From: an uncultured bacterium | GTDB taxonomy: Bacteria; Patescibacteriota; Patescibacteriia; CAIQCM01 | Length of the DNA: 64,000 bases | Direction of reading: 5' to 3' | NCBI GenBank assembly: GCA_963708045.1 | Contig: OY970181.1 | Location: 323,740 to 387,739, forward strand | Part shown: one piece after another, positions 1 through 9,188 of the stretch | How positions within the stretch are numbered: position 1 is the first letter of the stretch | Layout of the letters: each line of letters begins with the position of its first letter | Notes under the pieces: model-generated | What the model was told of the DNA's origin: nothing | Database searches by the model: none | What the model saw: only the letters and a program-made list of their open reading frames with translations | Made by a program: the position numbers and the translations under genes

Positions 1-398
1 TGCACTAGCAGCTCCGTGAGGTGATAGCAACGACTTTCCGCGCGCGCGATTCGTTCCATGACTACATATTGAAGGTCTATACTACCTGGACGAGGACCGT
101 CGCTTGGCGTTTTTGGACGATCACCGAGCGGGTGGCCGCCGAGTAGTTGATTGTCCAGCGGGTTGCCTGGGCATTTGCCGTCGGGATCTAGACCAATGGG
201 GCCGCCTGATCTGCTTGGCCCCATCCAGCAACCGCACTCGTGTTGGCAGTTCAACGTCCCGTCGTGGCCGGCATATTTGTGCGGACCATATTCCTTACGT
301 TCAAATCCGGTCGGGGTGGTGTTGGCTGTTTTTTCCTCCAGGTAGTTTATTATCCTAAGACGAGCCCGAGCTTCTTTTGATCGTTTTTCTTTGGGCAT
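1..398 (-). CDS. hypothetical Gly/Pro-rich protein, N-terminal part only (ORF runs off the window start)
   Basis: ATG at 396-398 (minus strand) preceded by an AGGAGG RBS; manual translation shows an open frame to position 1 (MPKEKRSKEARARLRIINYLEEK...); GC-rich relative to neighbours; absent from the ORF track because it is truncated by the window edge. Confidence 0.45.
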   Translation of the reverse strand, partial: MPKEKRSKEARARLRIINYLEEKTANTTPTGFERKEYGPHKYAGHDGTLNCQHECGCWMGPSRSGGPIGLDPDGKCPGNPLDNQLLGGHPLGDRPKTPSDGPRPGSIDLQYVVMERIARAESRCYHLTELLV

Positions 399-493
399 GA
401 CTCCTCCTCTAATGAACCGTTGTTGGCCACACCTTAATTTAACGATAAATAATTGTCAAAACAAAAACCACGACTAGTGTCGTAGTTTTTGTT

Positions 494-576
494 TGCCCAG
501 GGAGGGAATTGAACCCTCAAGGAGTTGCCTCCAGAAGATTTTAAGTCTTCAGCGTATGCCGTTCCGCCACCTGGGC
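494..576 (-). tRNA. tRNA-Leu(TAA)
   Basis: Reverse complement GCCCAGGTGGCGGAACGGCATACGCTGAAGACTTAAAATCTTCTGGAGGCAACTCCTTGAGGGTTCAATTCCCTCCCTGGGCA: 7-bp acceptor, anticodon stem GAAGA/TCTTC with loop CTTAAAA (anticodon TAA), long variable arm, T-arm GGGTTCAATTCCC. Confidence 0.85.
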
Positions 577-609
577 GTGTTTTGAGAATATTGTATCTTG
601 GTGTTTTTT

Positions 610-2379
610 TCAAGAGCGCAACCCCTTGGGCGTCTTTAGCCACTTCATAACCTCATCCACTGACCGTGTGTTTAAAATGTTTTTCTTTTCTGCCCAGCCG
701 CGACGCGCGGTTGCAAGGCCGTATTCTAAAAATCCAAAGTGAGCCGGAGCGTGCGCGTCCGAGTCAATCGCGAGCATTACGCCAGCGGCGACAGCTTTCC
801 TAATATACTTATCGCAAATATCCAGCCGGTCGGGGCTCGCGTTTACTTCTAAAATCGTCCCCGTCTTGGCGGCGGCTTTAATTATCGCGTCAATGTCCAA
901 ATCAATCGGCGGCCGTGATTTTATTTTGCGGCCGGTTAGGTGAAAGATTGCGTCCACGTGCGGGTTTTCCATCACGCGAATGATTCGTTTGGTCTGTTCT
1001 TGTTTTGATAGTCCAAAAAATGAATGTACGGACGCGCCGACAAAATCCAACTCCGCCAAAGTCTCGTTTTTAATATCCAACGCACCGTCTTTCATTATGT
1101 TAACTTCCGATCCGGCAAGAACGCGGAAGCCGCTAAGTTTGGAATTTATTTTTTTAATCGCGGCTTTTTGTTGCAATAATTTTTTATCGTTTAGTCCGCC
1201 GGTCATCGCGAGCGAAACCGTGTGATCGGTGATGGTGATATATTTTAGTCCGGCTTTTTTCGCCGCCGCTGCCATTTCTTCTATAGACGAGTCGCCGTCC
1301 GTCCAATCAGTTTGTACCTGAAAGTCGCCACAGAGATCGTTATAGCTAATGAGATGGGGGAGTTTGTGGGCGCGCGCCGCTTCTATTTCGCCCTCGTCGG
1401 TACGAATTTCTGGCGGTGGCGTGTCCATGCCTAGCGCTTTGTAAATTTCTTCCTCGGTTTTGCTTGCGATCAATTTCTTTCCTTTAAAAAGTCCGTATTC
1501 GGAAAGTTTAAAACCTTTTTTAATTGCGAGCGTGCGCAGTTTTACGTTATGGTTTTTGTCGCCGGTAAAATATTGCAATCCAGCACCATACTCGTCTTCT
1601 TTTAAAATTCTGATGTCGGCGCGAATGCCGCCTTCTAAAATCACCGAAGTTATTCCTTCGCCCTCGCCCCCTCGGACGACCTCGGCCACCTCTGGCATTT
1701 TTATAAAAGCCTCGTGAGCTTTTTTTGGATTTTTTGCCGTCACCAAAATATCAATGTCGCCGATTGTTTCTTGCCTTCGGCGCACCGATCCGGCGGTCGT
1801 GGCACGACGGACGCCAGGAATTTGTTTTATTCGTTCTTCAAGTTGCCGTGAAAGGGGGAGCGCGACACCAAGGAGGTGCCGCCCGGTTGAAGTTTTTAAG
1901 TGTTCAATGGATTTTAAAATTTTTTGCTCCGACGTTTCGCCAAAATGAGCGAGCTTGTCAATTTTATGCGCGCGCGCCGTCGCTTCTAGCGTTTTAAGGT
2001 CTTTAACTTTTAATTCTGTCCAAAGTGTTTTTATTGACCGCGGCCCAACGCCGTCAACTTGCAGTAGTTCAAAAATATTAACCGGCGTTTTTCGCCGTTC
2101 GCGTTCTAGTTCAGAAAAAGTTCCGGTTTTAACGATTGACGCAATGTGGCGCGCAATACCGGGGCCGATGCCGGACACGTCTTTTATAATTTGTTTTTCC
2201 CCGCCGTGGCGGAAAATTTCTTCAAGCGGTTCGGAATAGTTTTCAATAACTTCGGCCGCGCGTTCATACGCGCGGGGTTTAAAACGAATCGGGTCACTGG
2301 CCTTGGTTTTTGGCCCGATTTTCATTTCGTAATACGCCGCCATTTCTTTTAATTTTTGCGCGATCACCGAGTTGGTCAT
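610..2379 (-). CDS. polX: DNA polymerase/3'-5' exonuclease PolX (family X polymerase with C-terminal PHP domain)
   Basis: 589 aa; helix-hairpin-helix motifs (GIGPGIARHI, DGVGPRSIKTLW), Pol beta-like nucleotidyltransferase motif GDIDILV, C-terminal PHP histidine-rich region (ITDHT..., HSFF..., DSDAHAPAH). Confidence 0.85.
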   Translation of the reverse strand: MTNSVIAQKLKEMAAYYEMKIGPKTKASDPIRFKPRAYERAAEVIENYSEPLEEIFRHGGEKQIIKDVSGIGPGIARHIASIVKTGTFSELERERRKTPVNIFELLQVDGVGPRSIKTLWTELKVKDLKTLEATARAHKIDKLAHFGETSEQKILKSIEHLKTSTGRHLLGVALPLSRQLEERIKQIPGVRRATTAGSVRRRQETIGDIDILVTAKNPKKAHEAFIKMPEVAEVVRGGEGEGITSVILEGGIRADIRILKEDEYGAGLQYFTGDKNHNVKLRTLAIKKGFKLSEYGLFKGKKLIASKTEEEIYKALGMDTPPPEIRTDEGEIEAARAHKLPHLISYNDLCGDFQVQTDWTDGDSSIEEMAAAAKKAGLKYITITDHTVSLAMTGGLNDKKLLQQKAAIKKINSKLSGFRVLAGSEVNIMKDGALDIKNETLAELDFVGASVHSFFGLSKQEQTKRIIRVMENPHVDAIFHLTGRKIKSRPPIDLDIDAIIKAAAKTGTILEVNASPDRLDICDKYIRKAVAAGVMLAIDSDAHAPAHFGFLEYGLATARRGWAEKKNILNTRSVDEVMKWLKTPKGLRS

Positions 2380-2473
2380 ATTTATATTATTGTATCTCTA
2401 ATTTGTTTTTAAATACAAAACAAGAGGGTCGGTGTGCCGATCCCTCTTGCGCGGGTTGTCTCCTTTTGTTGGT

Positions 2474-3004
2474 CTAAGGTTCTTCTTCGGGGACGCCTTC
2501 GTCGGCGCCATTGTTGTCGTCGGCTACTTCCAGAAAGTCGCTGAGAAGAGCGAGCGAACATATTACGGAAGCGCGGAATGTTCCCGCTTCAATGGATAGC
2601 CGAACCTCTTCGTCGCCAACTTCTTCGTCGGATTGAATTTCAATCGCGACAGATCCGAGTTTGCAGATCGTCCTTGCGAAGACGTGGCGAATGATTTCTT
2701 CACAGGTAAAGCCTGTGCCGTATTCCATAGCCTCGGCCATGTCTGCGGTTGAAATTTGCATCTCTGGCAGATGGGTGAACCGGACGTTTTCGGCGACAAC
2801 GATTGTTTCCTCGCAGTCGCTTCCGTCGGCTCTCTCGCCGATGAACCAAAGGCCAACAGTCTCCGAATCGCCATTTTCTCTAATGACAACACTTACGGTT
2901 ATCTCAGCGCGCAGGCGTAGACCCAGAAGGGTCAGTGACTCTATTTTCTGGGGGTAGTCTTCTACCAGTGGACAGGATCTTGTGGGTTCGGGCGTTTTGG
3001 CCAT
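2474..3004 (-). CDS. hypothetical acidic protein
   Basis: 176-aa ORF, strongly acidic C-terminus, no recognisable motif. Confidence 0.4.
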   Translation of the reverse strand: MAKTPEPTRSCPLVEDYPQKIESLTLLGLRLRAEITVSVVIRENGDSETVGLWFIGERADGSDCEETIVVAENVRFTHLPEMQISTADMAEAMEYGTGFTCEEIIRHVFARTICKLGSVAIEIQSDEEVGDEEVRLSIEAGTFRASVICSLALLSDFLEVADDNNGADEGVPEEEP

Positions 3005-3212
3005 GGTCGCTCCTTTGCGTTTTCGTTACAGATTGTTGGTTTTCAAGGAATAAATACTTTTACGACAAAACGAATGTTTTGTCAATGAACACAAGCAAAC
3101 GACCATTTAAATCTTGCGTAAAATAAAAGTATTTGTTATATTTTGTTTCGTTAGGCGTCCGAGTTGCGATTGTCCGAGCTTGGCTCGGTCATTGCGCGAT
3201 GTGCCTCACTTT

Positions 3213-3287
3213 GCGGGTATCGTATAGCGGCTATTATGTGTCCTTGCCAAGGACAAGATGAGAGTTCGACTCTCTCTACCCGCACCA
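3213..3287 (+). tRNA. tRNA-Gly(GCC), CCA encoded
   Basis: GCGGGTA acceptor pairing with TACCCGC, anticodon stem TGTCC/GGACA with loop TTGCCAA (anticodon GCC), T-arm GAGAG-TTCGACT-CTCTC, 3' ACCA. Confidence 0.75.
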
Positions 3288-3451
3288 AAAACAATTTGTA
3301 TCGAGGGACTGAACAGGTCAACGCATTAGCGCGACCGACCTGCGTCAAACCCTCGAACGGAAAACAGTAACCTCACGGTTGCTGTTTTTGGTATCTATTT
3401 AATCCGTCATTGCGAGGAGGCCGAAGCCGACGCGGCAATCTCTTCTTTCCC

Positions 3452-3530
3452 CTCGCCCCACGCAGCGATAGCGGAGTGGGGAGAGGGTAGGCCTGCCCAG
3501 CGTAGCTTTAGCGGAGTTGGGGTGAGGGGC
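3452..3530. repeat. GC-rich imperfect tandem/hairpin repeat (units ...agcgatagcggagtgggg... / ...agctttagcggagttgggg...) between tRNA-Gly and the recombinase
   Basis: Seen directly; two about 40-nt related units with CCCC/GGGG hairpin ends. Confidence 0.6.
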
Positions 3531-3584
3531 CGTCGTTCGGCGATGACCAAAGAATAATATTATTCGAGCGAAGCGGTAGCGCAG

Positions 3585-4961
3585 TCAGAGAATTACCGAA
3601 ATCGTCAGTACTTTGTTTTTTAGCGTCAACCGGCTTTTCAAGTTCGTAAGCAACTCTCGTTTTTCGGTAATCGTCCCCTCGGTCAGCAAATAAGTTGCAT
3701 AAGCTCTAAGGTCAAAATTTTCTTTGGTCTTTTTATCCTCGCATTTCCCCAACGCAATCTTTCTAAACTTTTCGTACCTCGAAATCTCGGCAGCAAATTT
3801 ATGTTTTACCCCAATCTCATTCAAATCAAGTGTGTCGACGAGCTTCGTTAGCTGGTCAATTATTTCCTCCTCGCGCACATATCCGCATTGGCAATTTTTA
3901 TCTTTTGCTTTGGTACAACCGTAGTAAACATAGCGATGTGTTCCACCAGCTTTTTGCTCTTTGAATTTCTCGCAGGCGGTTACGCCCGACCCGCACAATC
4001 CGCAAGTAATGAGCTTCGTAAACGCGAACTCGCGATTGTTTTTGTTAATCTCGCTTCGGACAAGTTGCGCTTTAACCTTTTCAAAAAGCTCCGGCGTAAT
4101 AAGCGGCGTATGTTTGCCGGCATACCATTTTCCACTTCCGCGCGGATGTTCAAACACGCCGTAGTAAAAGGGATTCTTTAAAATAAGGTAAATATTTCCC
4201 AGCGCCAACGGCTTTCCATACTTGGTTTTAAAGTTAATATCGTATCGCAACCATTGATACAGTTTCCGCCCCGACCATCCATCGTTTCCGACTTTCTCAA
4301 ACATCTGCCGAACAATTGGCGCACGCACTGGATCAATTATCGCCTCGCACGGTTTATCTTTTATCTTCTCGTTCAAATATCCAGTCGGCGAAACCGCCGG
4401 ACGCAACCCCTGCTCGCATCGCGCCCTCATACCCCGCTTAACATTTTCGCTCTTGTTGTCATTTTCAAGCTTCGCTTGTGAGCAAAGGATCATCAGCATG
4501 AATTTCTCGCTCGGCGAGTTGGCGAATTTCTGGTTGAAAGTTCGTATCTCGATCAAGAGTTTTTGATCCATCAAATCGACCAGCGCCCCAAGGTCACCAG
4601 CATTCCGCGAAAGCCTGTCTGGTGCCCAAGTGATTATCCCACCAAACTTGCCCGCTCTGATGTCCTTGAGGAGCTCATTAAAGACCGGACGCTGGCCAAC
4701 CGCCTTGGCTGAATGGTTTTCTTTTCGAATCTCGGTTACTAGTAACCCCTCGCGCTCGGCAATCGCCAACATTTCTTTAATTTGGCTATCAATGGAAAGC
4801 ACCTGCATTTCCTCACTTTCGGTCGACTTCCGAGCGTATAGGCAATATCGGGTTTTAGGCATTATGGCGGCGTTTCCTTGGTTTTTGTCGTTCATACGAC
4901 CAAGTAATGCCGCAACCCTGTTGTGGCGTCTAGGCGGGGCTGTAGGTAAGTCCACTTTCAA
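3585..4961 (-). CDS. large serine recombinase (resolvase/integrase family with recombinase domain and zinc ribbon)
   Basis: N-terminal resolvase catalytic domain (YARKSTESE with catalytic Ser, DRLSRN), central recombinase domain, Cys-rich zinc ribbon (CGLCGSG...YYGCTKAKDKNCQCGY), C-terminal coiled region; probable true start at the internal Met (MPKTRYCLYARKS, about 4862). Confidence 0.85.
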   Translation of the reverse strand: MKVDLPTAPPRRHNRVAALLGRMNDKNQGNAAIMPKTRYCLYARKSTESEEMQVLSIDSQIKEMLAIAEREGLLVTEIRKENHSAKAVGQRPVFNELLKDIRAGKFGGIITWAPDRLSRNAGDLGALVDLMDQKLLIEIRTFNQKFANSPSEKFMLMILCSQAKLENDNKSENVKRGMRARCEQGLRPAVSPTGYLNEKIKDKPCEAIIDPVRAPIVRQMFEKVGNDGWSGRKLYQWLRYDINFKTKYGKPLALGNIYLILKNPFYYGVFEHPRGSGKWYAGKHTPLITPELFEKVKAQLVRSEINKNNREFAFTKLITCGLCGSGVTACEKFKEQKAGGTHRYVYYGCTKAKDKNCQCGYVREEEIIDQLTKLVDTLDLNEIGVKHKFAAEISRYEKFRKIALGKCEDKKTKENFDLRAYATYLLTEGTITEKRELLTNLKSRLTLKNKVLTISVIL

Positions 4962-5039
4962 AAATTAGCCCATTGAGCTATTCTTTAAGCACAACTTAAT
5001 ATTGCCTAAACCGCGCCGATGGCGAGGCATGGCAGAAAT

Positions 5040-5083
5040 CCCATGACAGATACTGAACCCCGCGTTTAGCGTCCTGTCATGGG
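5040..5083. repeat. inverted repeat/hairpin cccatgacag...ctgtcatggg upstream of the recombinase gene
   Basis: Perfect 10-bp arms seen in sequence; candidate recombination site or promoter element. Confidence 0.4.
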
Positions 5084-5133
5084 TAATATTCCGAAAGGAA
5101 TATTTGGCCGCAAGGCCTAGCTAGCGCGGGGCT

Positions 5134-5919
5134 TTGTGTATAATATTGACTCTTAAATTTATAAACACTATGAAAAAATATTTATCGGTTTTGCCCGCTA
5201 TTATTTTTTCTGTCTTTTTAATTCCGTCAACTATTGCAGTTTACGCATATAGTTTATCTGACACGGGTCAAACCGCATCCTTTACAGATACATATGGAGA
5301 GGACTCCGATTATCTTATTAATCCTCCTTCATACACTAAATTAAATTCGGCAGGTGAAACCGTGACTAGCGGCGAATGGGATATGGTGAAAGATAATCTG
5401 ACAGGATTAATTTGGGAAATGAAAACGGACGATGGAACAATTCATGACCAAAACAAACAGTTTAATAAGAGCGACACTCAAGCCGTTACGTCCGAATTAA
5501 ATTCAACAAAATTTGGTGGCTTTTCTGATTGGCGACTCCCGACAATTAAAGAACTTATAACAATAATTGATCATGATAAGTTATATCCATCCGCTGCAGT
5601 TAATACTGATTATTTCCCTAAATTGGTGGCAGCACCATATTGGTCTTCTACGAATCTTGCTGGTGGTGTAAATGTTGGATGGGCCGTTAATTTTAATCAT
5701 GGTAATCCTGAATTTGAGTATAGCAAAAACGTTTATCGCGTCATGGCCGTTAGGGGTACATCAGTTGGGTTGTCAGATCAGTTTGTAAATAATGGCGATG
5801 GGACCGTAGTAGATACTGATACTGGCTTAGTTTGGTCTTACGCTCCGTCAAGTAATGGCATGACATGGGACGATGCAATTTCATATAGTGAAAATTTATC
5901 ATTGTCCGGATTTGAATGA
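5134..5919 (+). CDS. secreted DUF1566 (WRLP-motif) domain protein, N-terminal fragment of a frameshifted gene
   Basis: Signal peptide/TM (MKKYLSVLPAIIFSVFLIPSTIAVYA); DUF1566 signature SDWRLPTIKEL; ORF ends at TGA 5917-5919 inside a second DUF1566 repeat. Confidence 0.6.
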   Translation: MCIILTLKFINTMKKYLSVLPAIIFSVFLIPSTIAVYAYSLSDTGQTASFTDTYGEDSDYLINPPSYTKLNSAGETVTSGEWDMVKDNLTGLIWEMKTDDGTIHDQNKQFNKSDTQAVTSELNSTKFGGFSDWRLPTIKELITIIDHDKLYPSAAVNTDYFPKLVAAPYWSSTNLAGGVNVGWAVNFNHGNPEFEYSKNVYRVMAVRGTSVGLSDQFVNNGDGTVVDTDTGLVWSYAPSSNGMTWDDAISYSENLSLSGFE

Positions 5920-7573
5920 TTGGCGTTTGCCCAGCCAGAAAGAGCTTTTTTCTATAGTTAATTACAATATTTTTGCACCAGTATTTGATAGAAATTATTT
6001 TTCGGTTCCATTAACATCGGCTTCTTACTGGACTTCAACAATATGCGGTGTTGAGGGTGATAAAAAATATGCCTACCGCATTGACGGTTACCAAGGAATT
6101 GGGGGTTGTATAAATACTCTGTTTGATAGTTCATCCATTTATGTGCGTGTTGTTCGTGGGGGGATTAATCAATTGACGCCAATTTGTACGTCTTGGACCT
6201 ATGGTGATTGGGGAACATGTGTAAACAACCAACGCTCGAGATCAATTGTTTCCTCAATGCCGTCGAATTGTATTGGCGGAATGCCCGTTTTAACCCAAAG
6301 TTGTCAACCTTCGCCCGTGGTATGTTCTTCGTGGACATATTCCGATTGGGGTATGTGCACAGAAGGACGACAGGCGAGATCTATAGCCTCAGCAACACCA
6401 ACGAATTGTTCTGGCGGAAATTCTGTATTAAGCCGTGAATGTAGTTCAGTGCCTGCGTGCACGGAAAATAATTGGACATCATCTCTATCGCCATCGTCGT
6501 GTCCTGCCATTGGACAGCAGACAAAACAATGGTCAAAAATAGGTCAATGTGATGGCGGTGTTTTCCACCAAACGCAAGAAACGATTTCATGCAATTATCA
6601 GATATCATCCTGCACGGATTTTATATATAGTGACTGGGGTGATTGCAGTTCAAGCGGCGTTCAATCAAGATTGATTTTGAACAGTTCGCCATCGAATTGC
6701 ACTGGCGGAAGTTCTGTCACAAGCCGGAGCTGTAATTATGTTCCTGCGTGTTCATCAGATATTTGGTCCTGCGGGAATTGGGGAGCTTGCAGTGCTGGGA
6801 ACATTCAATCAAGAATCTGCATAAAGACTTTTGACTGTCCTAGTGTACAGACGCCATCACCTGCAACAGAACAGAGTTGCACAACACAGCAAAATGTAGA
6901 ATCACAACCTCAAGCAACTAACAGCATTGACACGAATGTTAATACCAGCAATGCCGCTAATTTAAAAAGTGTAATCGAAGAAGAAACGGGCTTGGTTTCA
7001 TCGGTCGATAGAAATTTATCAAAGAAATTGGCTGGAAATATTTTGCTTCAAGTCGAAAATCATGGCCAAGCATGGTACGTTAATCCAACCAACCTAAATA
7101 AATATTATCTGCCTGACGGCCAAGCCGCTTATCAGGCGTTAAGAATTTTTGGTCTGGGAATAACCAATGCCGACTTAAGCAAGATACCAGTAGGGGTTGA
7201 AAGCCGTTTTTCCGACGCCGATAGCGATAATGACGGCTTGGCAGATAAGCTCGAGGAGGGATTAGGAACCGATCCCAACAATCCTGATACGGATGGGGAT
7301 GGTGTTTTGGACGGCGATGAGTTATTGAGTCGAGGTAGCAATCCATTGGGTACTGGCAAAATATCGACCGACAGTAACCTTGTTAGTAAATTGAGTGGTA
7401 AAATACTATTGCAAGTCCAATCAAGGGGTGAGGCATGGTATATCAATCCAAAAGATTCAAAGAGATATTATTTAAAAGATGGGAATGCAGCTTATCAGAT
7501 TATGCGCTTTCTCAGCTTGGGTATTACCAACGATAATATTCGAAAAATATCGGTCGGAATGTTGTCTAATTAA
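5873..7573 (+). CDS. continuation of the frameshifted DUF1566 protein: second DUF1566 domain, four thrombospondin type 1-like Cys repeats, thrombospondin type 3-like Ca-binding Asp repeats, two C-terminal about 60-aa repeats
   Basis: NDWRLPSQKEL continues the domain interrupted at 5919; four W-x-x-W-G-x-C...C..GG...R.C repeats (e.g. CSSWTYSDWGMCTEGRQARSIASATPTNCSGG); DADSDNDGLAD...DPNNPDTDGDGVLDGDE; duplicated LAGNILLQVENHGQAWYVNP.../LSGKILLQVQSRGEAWYINP... Confidence 0.6.
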   Translation: MQFHIVKIYHCPDLNDWRLPSQKELFSIVNYNIFAPVFDRNYFSVPLTSASYWTSTICGVEGDKKYAYRIDGYQGIGGCINTLFDSSSIYVRVVRGGINQLTPICTSWTYGDWGTCVNNQRSRSIVSSMPSNCIGGMPVLTQSCQPSPVVCSSWTYSDWGMCTEGRQARSIASATPTNCSGGNSVLSRECSSVPACTENNWTSSLSPSSCPAIGQQTKQWSKIGQCDGGVFHQTQETISCNYQISSCTDFIYSDWGDCSSSGVQSRLILNSSPSNCTGGSSVTSRSCNYVPACSSDIWSCGNWGACSAGNIQSRICIKTFDCPSVQTPSPATEQSCTTQQNVESQPQATNSIDTNVNTSNAANLKSVIEEETGLVSSVDRNLSKKLAGNILLQVENHGQAWYVNPTNLNKYYLPDGQAAYQALRIFGLGITNADLSKIPVGVESRFSDADSDNDGLADKLEEGLGTDPNNPDTDGDGVLDGDELLSRGSNPLGTGKISTDSNLVSKLSGKILLQVQSRGEAWYINPKDSKRYYLKDGNAAYQIMRFLSLGITNDNIRKISVGMLSN

Positions 7574-7582
7574 AAAAGATAT

Positions 7583-7873
7583 ATGAAGATAAATTATAAA
7601 ACAGAGCGTGGAAATTTTGATATAGAAATTACCGAGGGAAAGAGCGAGATTCTAGATGTGTATAATGATATTCGAATAGTTTATTCAATAAAAGTAAAGA
7701 ACACAGATAATCCATCTTGGGTTATAAATTTTTCCGACTTGATTGGGCGAATTGCAAAGGGGCAGAATAAGGAAAAATTGAACGATAAGATCGTCGATGA
7801 AGTTAAACGGCGAATTAATATGGACGAGACAGGAGATTTTTATATTGGTGATCCAACATTGGATTTAACTTGA
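7583..7873 (+). CDS. hypothetical small protein
   Basis: 96-aa ORF directly after the DUF1566 gene; no motif recognised. Confidence 0.4.
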   Translation: MKINYKTERGNFDIEITEGKSEILDVYNDIRIVYSIKVKNTDNPSWVINFSDLIGRIAKGQNKEKLNDKIVDEVKRRINMDETGDFYIGDPTLDLT

Positions 7874-7954
7874 AAGACAGCTGCCTCGTCATTGGCGTGT
7901 TGTATGCTTGTTAACGGTGGGCTGTTGGTGTATGGAGTAACATAGTCGCTTGTT

Positions 7955-8587
7955 TTGTTCAGAATTGTCGTTCTGAGTAGAAACAAGCGACGGAAACGGG
8001 TGCGAGCCCCGTACAGTCCATATATTAAAAATATGCACGAATCCGAAAAAATTGAAGAAGCAAAATATCATCTTTTGCGAATGAAAGATTCTTTAAACGA
8101 AGATGATATTTTTCGCTACGAATTAAATGCTTTTTTAGCATCTACACGTTCCGTTTTTCAATATGCGCTTGAAGAAATTCAACACCCTCCAACAGTCCCT
8201 AAAACATGGTATGACCAAGTTGTTAATCTGAGTAAATATGTTAAATTCTTTAAAGATAAACGCGATACGGTAATTCATCATAAACCAATAGAAACAGATA
8301 AAAATGTCGCTCTAGAAAATTTTGACACCGTACTCATAGAAGACGATGCAATCGCGATAGAAATACATGATTCAAATGAGGGTATTGTAGGGAGTTTTTC
8401 TACGATTAATACACCCCAAAATAGCGAAATAGGAGAAAGCGGTTCAAAAATTTCTTCAAGATGGTTTTTTGTCGATAGTCCGGTGGGTGATCCAAAAGAC
8501 AAGGAGGTCGTTTCGCTTTGTGAAAAATATTTGAAAGAGGCGGAATCTTTTGTTAGCGATGGTAAAACGAATGGATATTTAACCTAG
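7955..8587 (+). CDS. hypothetical protein (true start probably the internal Met near 8033)
   Basis: 210-aa ORF; N-terminal 26 codons are GC-rich and Arg/Lys-rich and likely spurious extension. Confidence 0.4.
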   Translation: MFRIVVLSRNKRRKRVRAPYSPYIKNMHESEKIEEAKYHLLRMKDSLNEDDIFRYELNAFLASTRSVFQYALEEIQHPPTVPKTWYDQVVNLSKYVKFFKDKRDTVIHHKPIETDKNVALENFDTVLIEDDAIAIEIHDSNEGIVGSFSTINTPQNSEIGESGSKISSRWFFVDSPVGDPKDKEVVSLCEKYLKEAESFVSDGKTNGYLT

Positions 8588-9146
8588 AATTATTCATAAA
8601 TATTTTTTTTGATCACCACTGATAGTTCAATAGCAATCACCAGACCAAAATAGTTGTTTATTGATCTGGTTAACCCGCTGTTAGAAGAACTGTGTCTGGT
8701 ATACGGGGTCCACTCAATAATTTGATGAGATAAGGTTTTTTGGGAATTACTGCTTAAGAAAGCCTAAAAGACAGTAAAATGAGACACCCTAAAATATTGA
8801 TTAATAGTGTCTCATTTGTCTCGTTTCTCAAAACAACTGTCGCATTTGTCGCATTTTGCCAAATCAACACCGACCTACTTGGGTCGGAAAGGTGGCCAAT
8901 CGAACCTCCTAAAACGCTTGTGGTGCTGGATAAGCGAAGTTCAAGACTGTGTCGGGGCACCAAAAATGATCTCAGTTCCCTGAGGTCATTTTTGTTTTGG
9001 CTCAGCGGGAAATAGTCATCATACGATAGCTGCGAGCGGGTTCGGCAAGAGCTTAATCTAGTTAGCCCGCCGATTATCTATTTCACGGGGGAATGTTTGT
9101 GTTTACACAAAAACTGCGCCAATCAAGATAGATCAGTAGTAAATAT

Positions 9147-9188
9147 AATTCTTCCCATAATGTCCGATCGGACATTATGGGAAGAATT
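9147..9188. promoter_or_regulatory. 42-bp perfect palindrome aattcttcccataatgtCCGATCGGacattatgggaagaatt at the 3' end of the regulator gene
   Basis: Seen directly; CGATCG core shared with palindromes at 9731 and 34037. Confidence 0.5.

Noticed and set aside
434-643. 69-aa ORF overlapping tRNA-Leu(TAA)
   Set aside because: Fully overlaps a canonical tRNA and the end of polX; no RBS
3151-3370. ORFs 3151-3348 (minus) and 3164-3370 (plus)
   Set aside because: Overlap tRNA-Gly and its flanking hairpins; no coding signal
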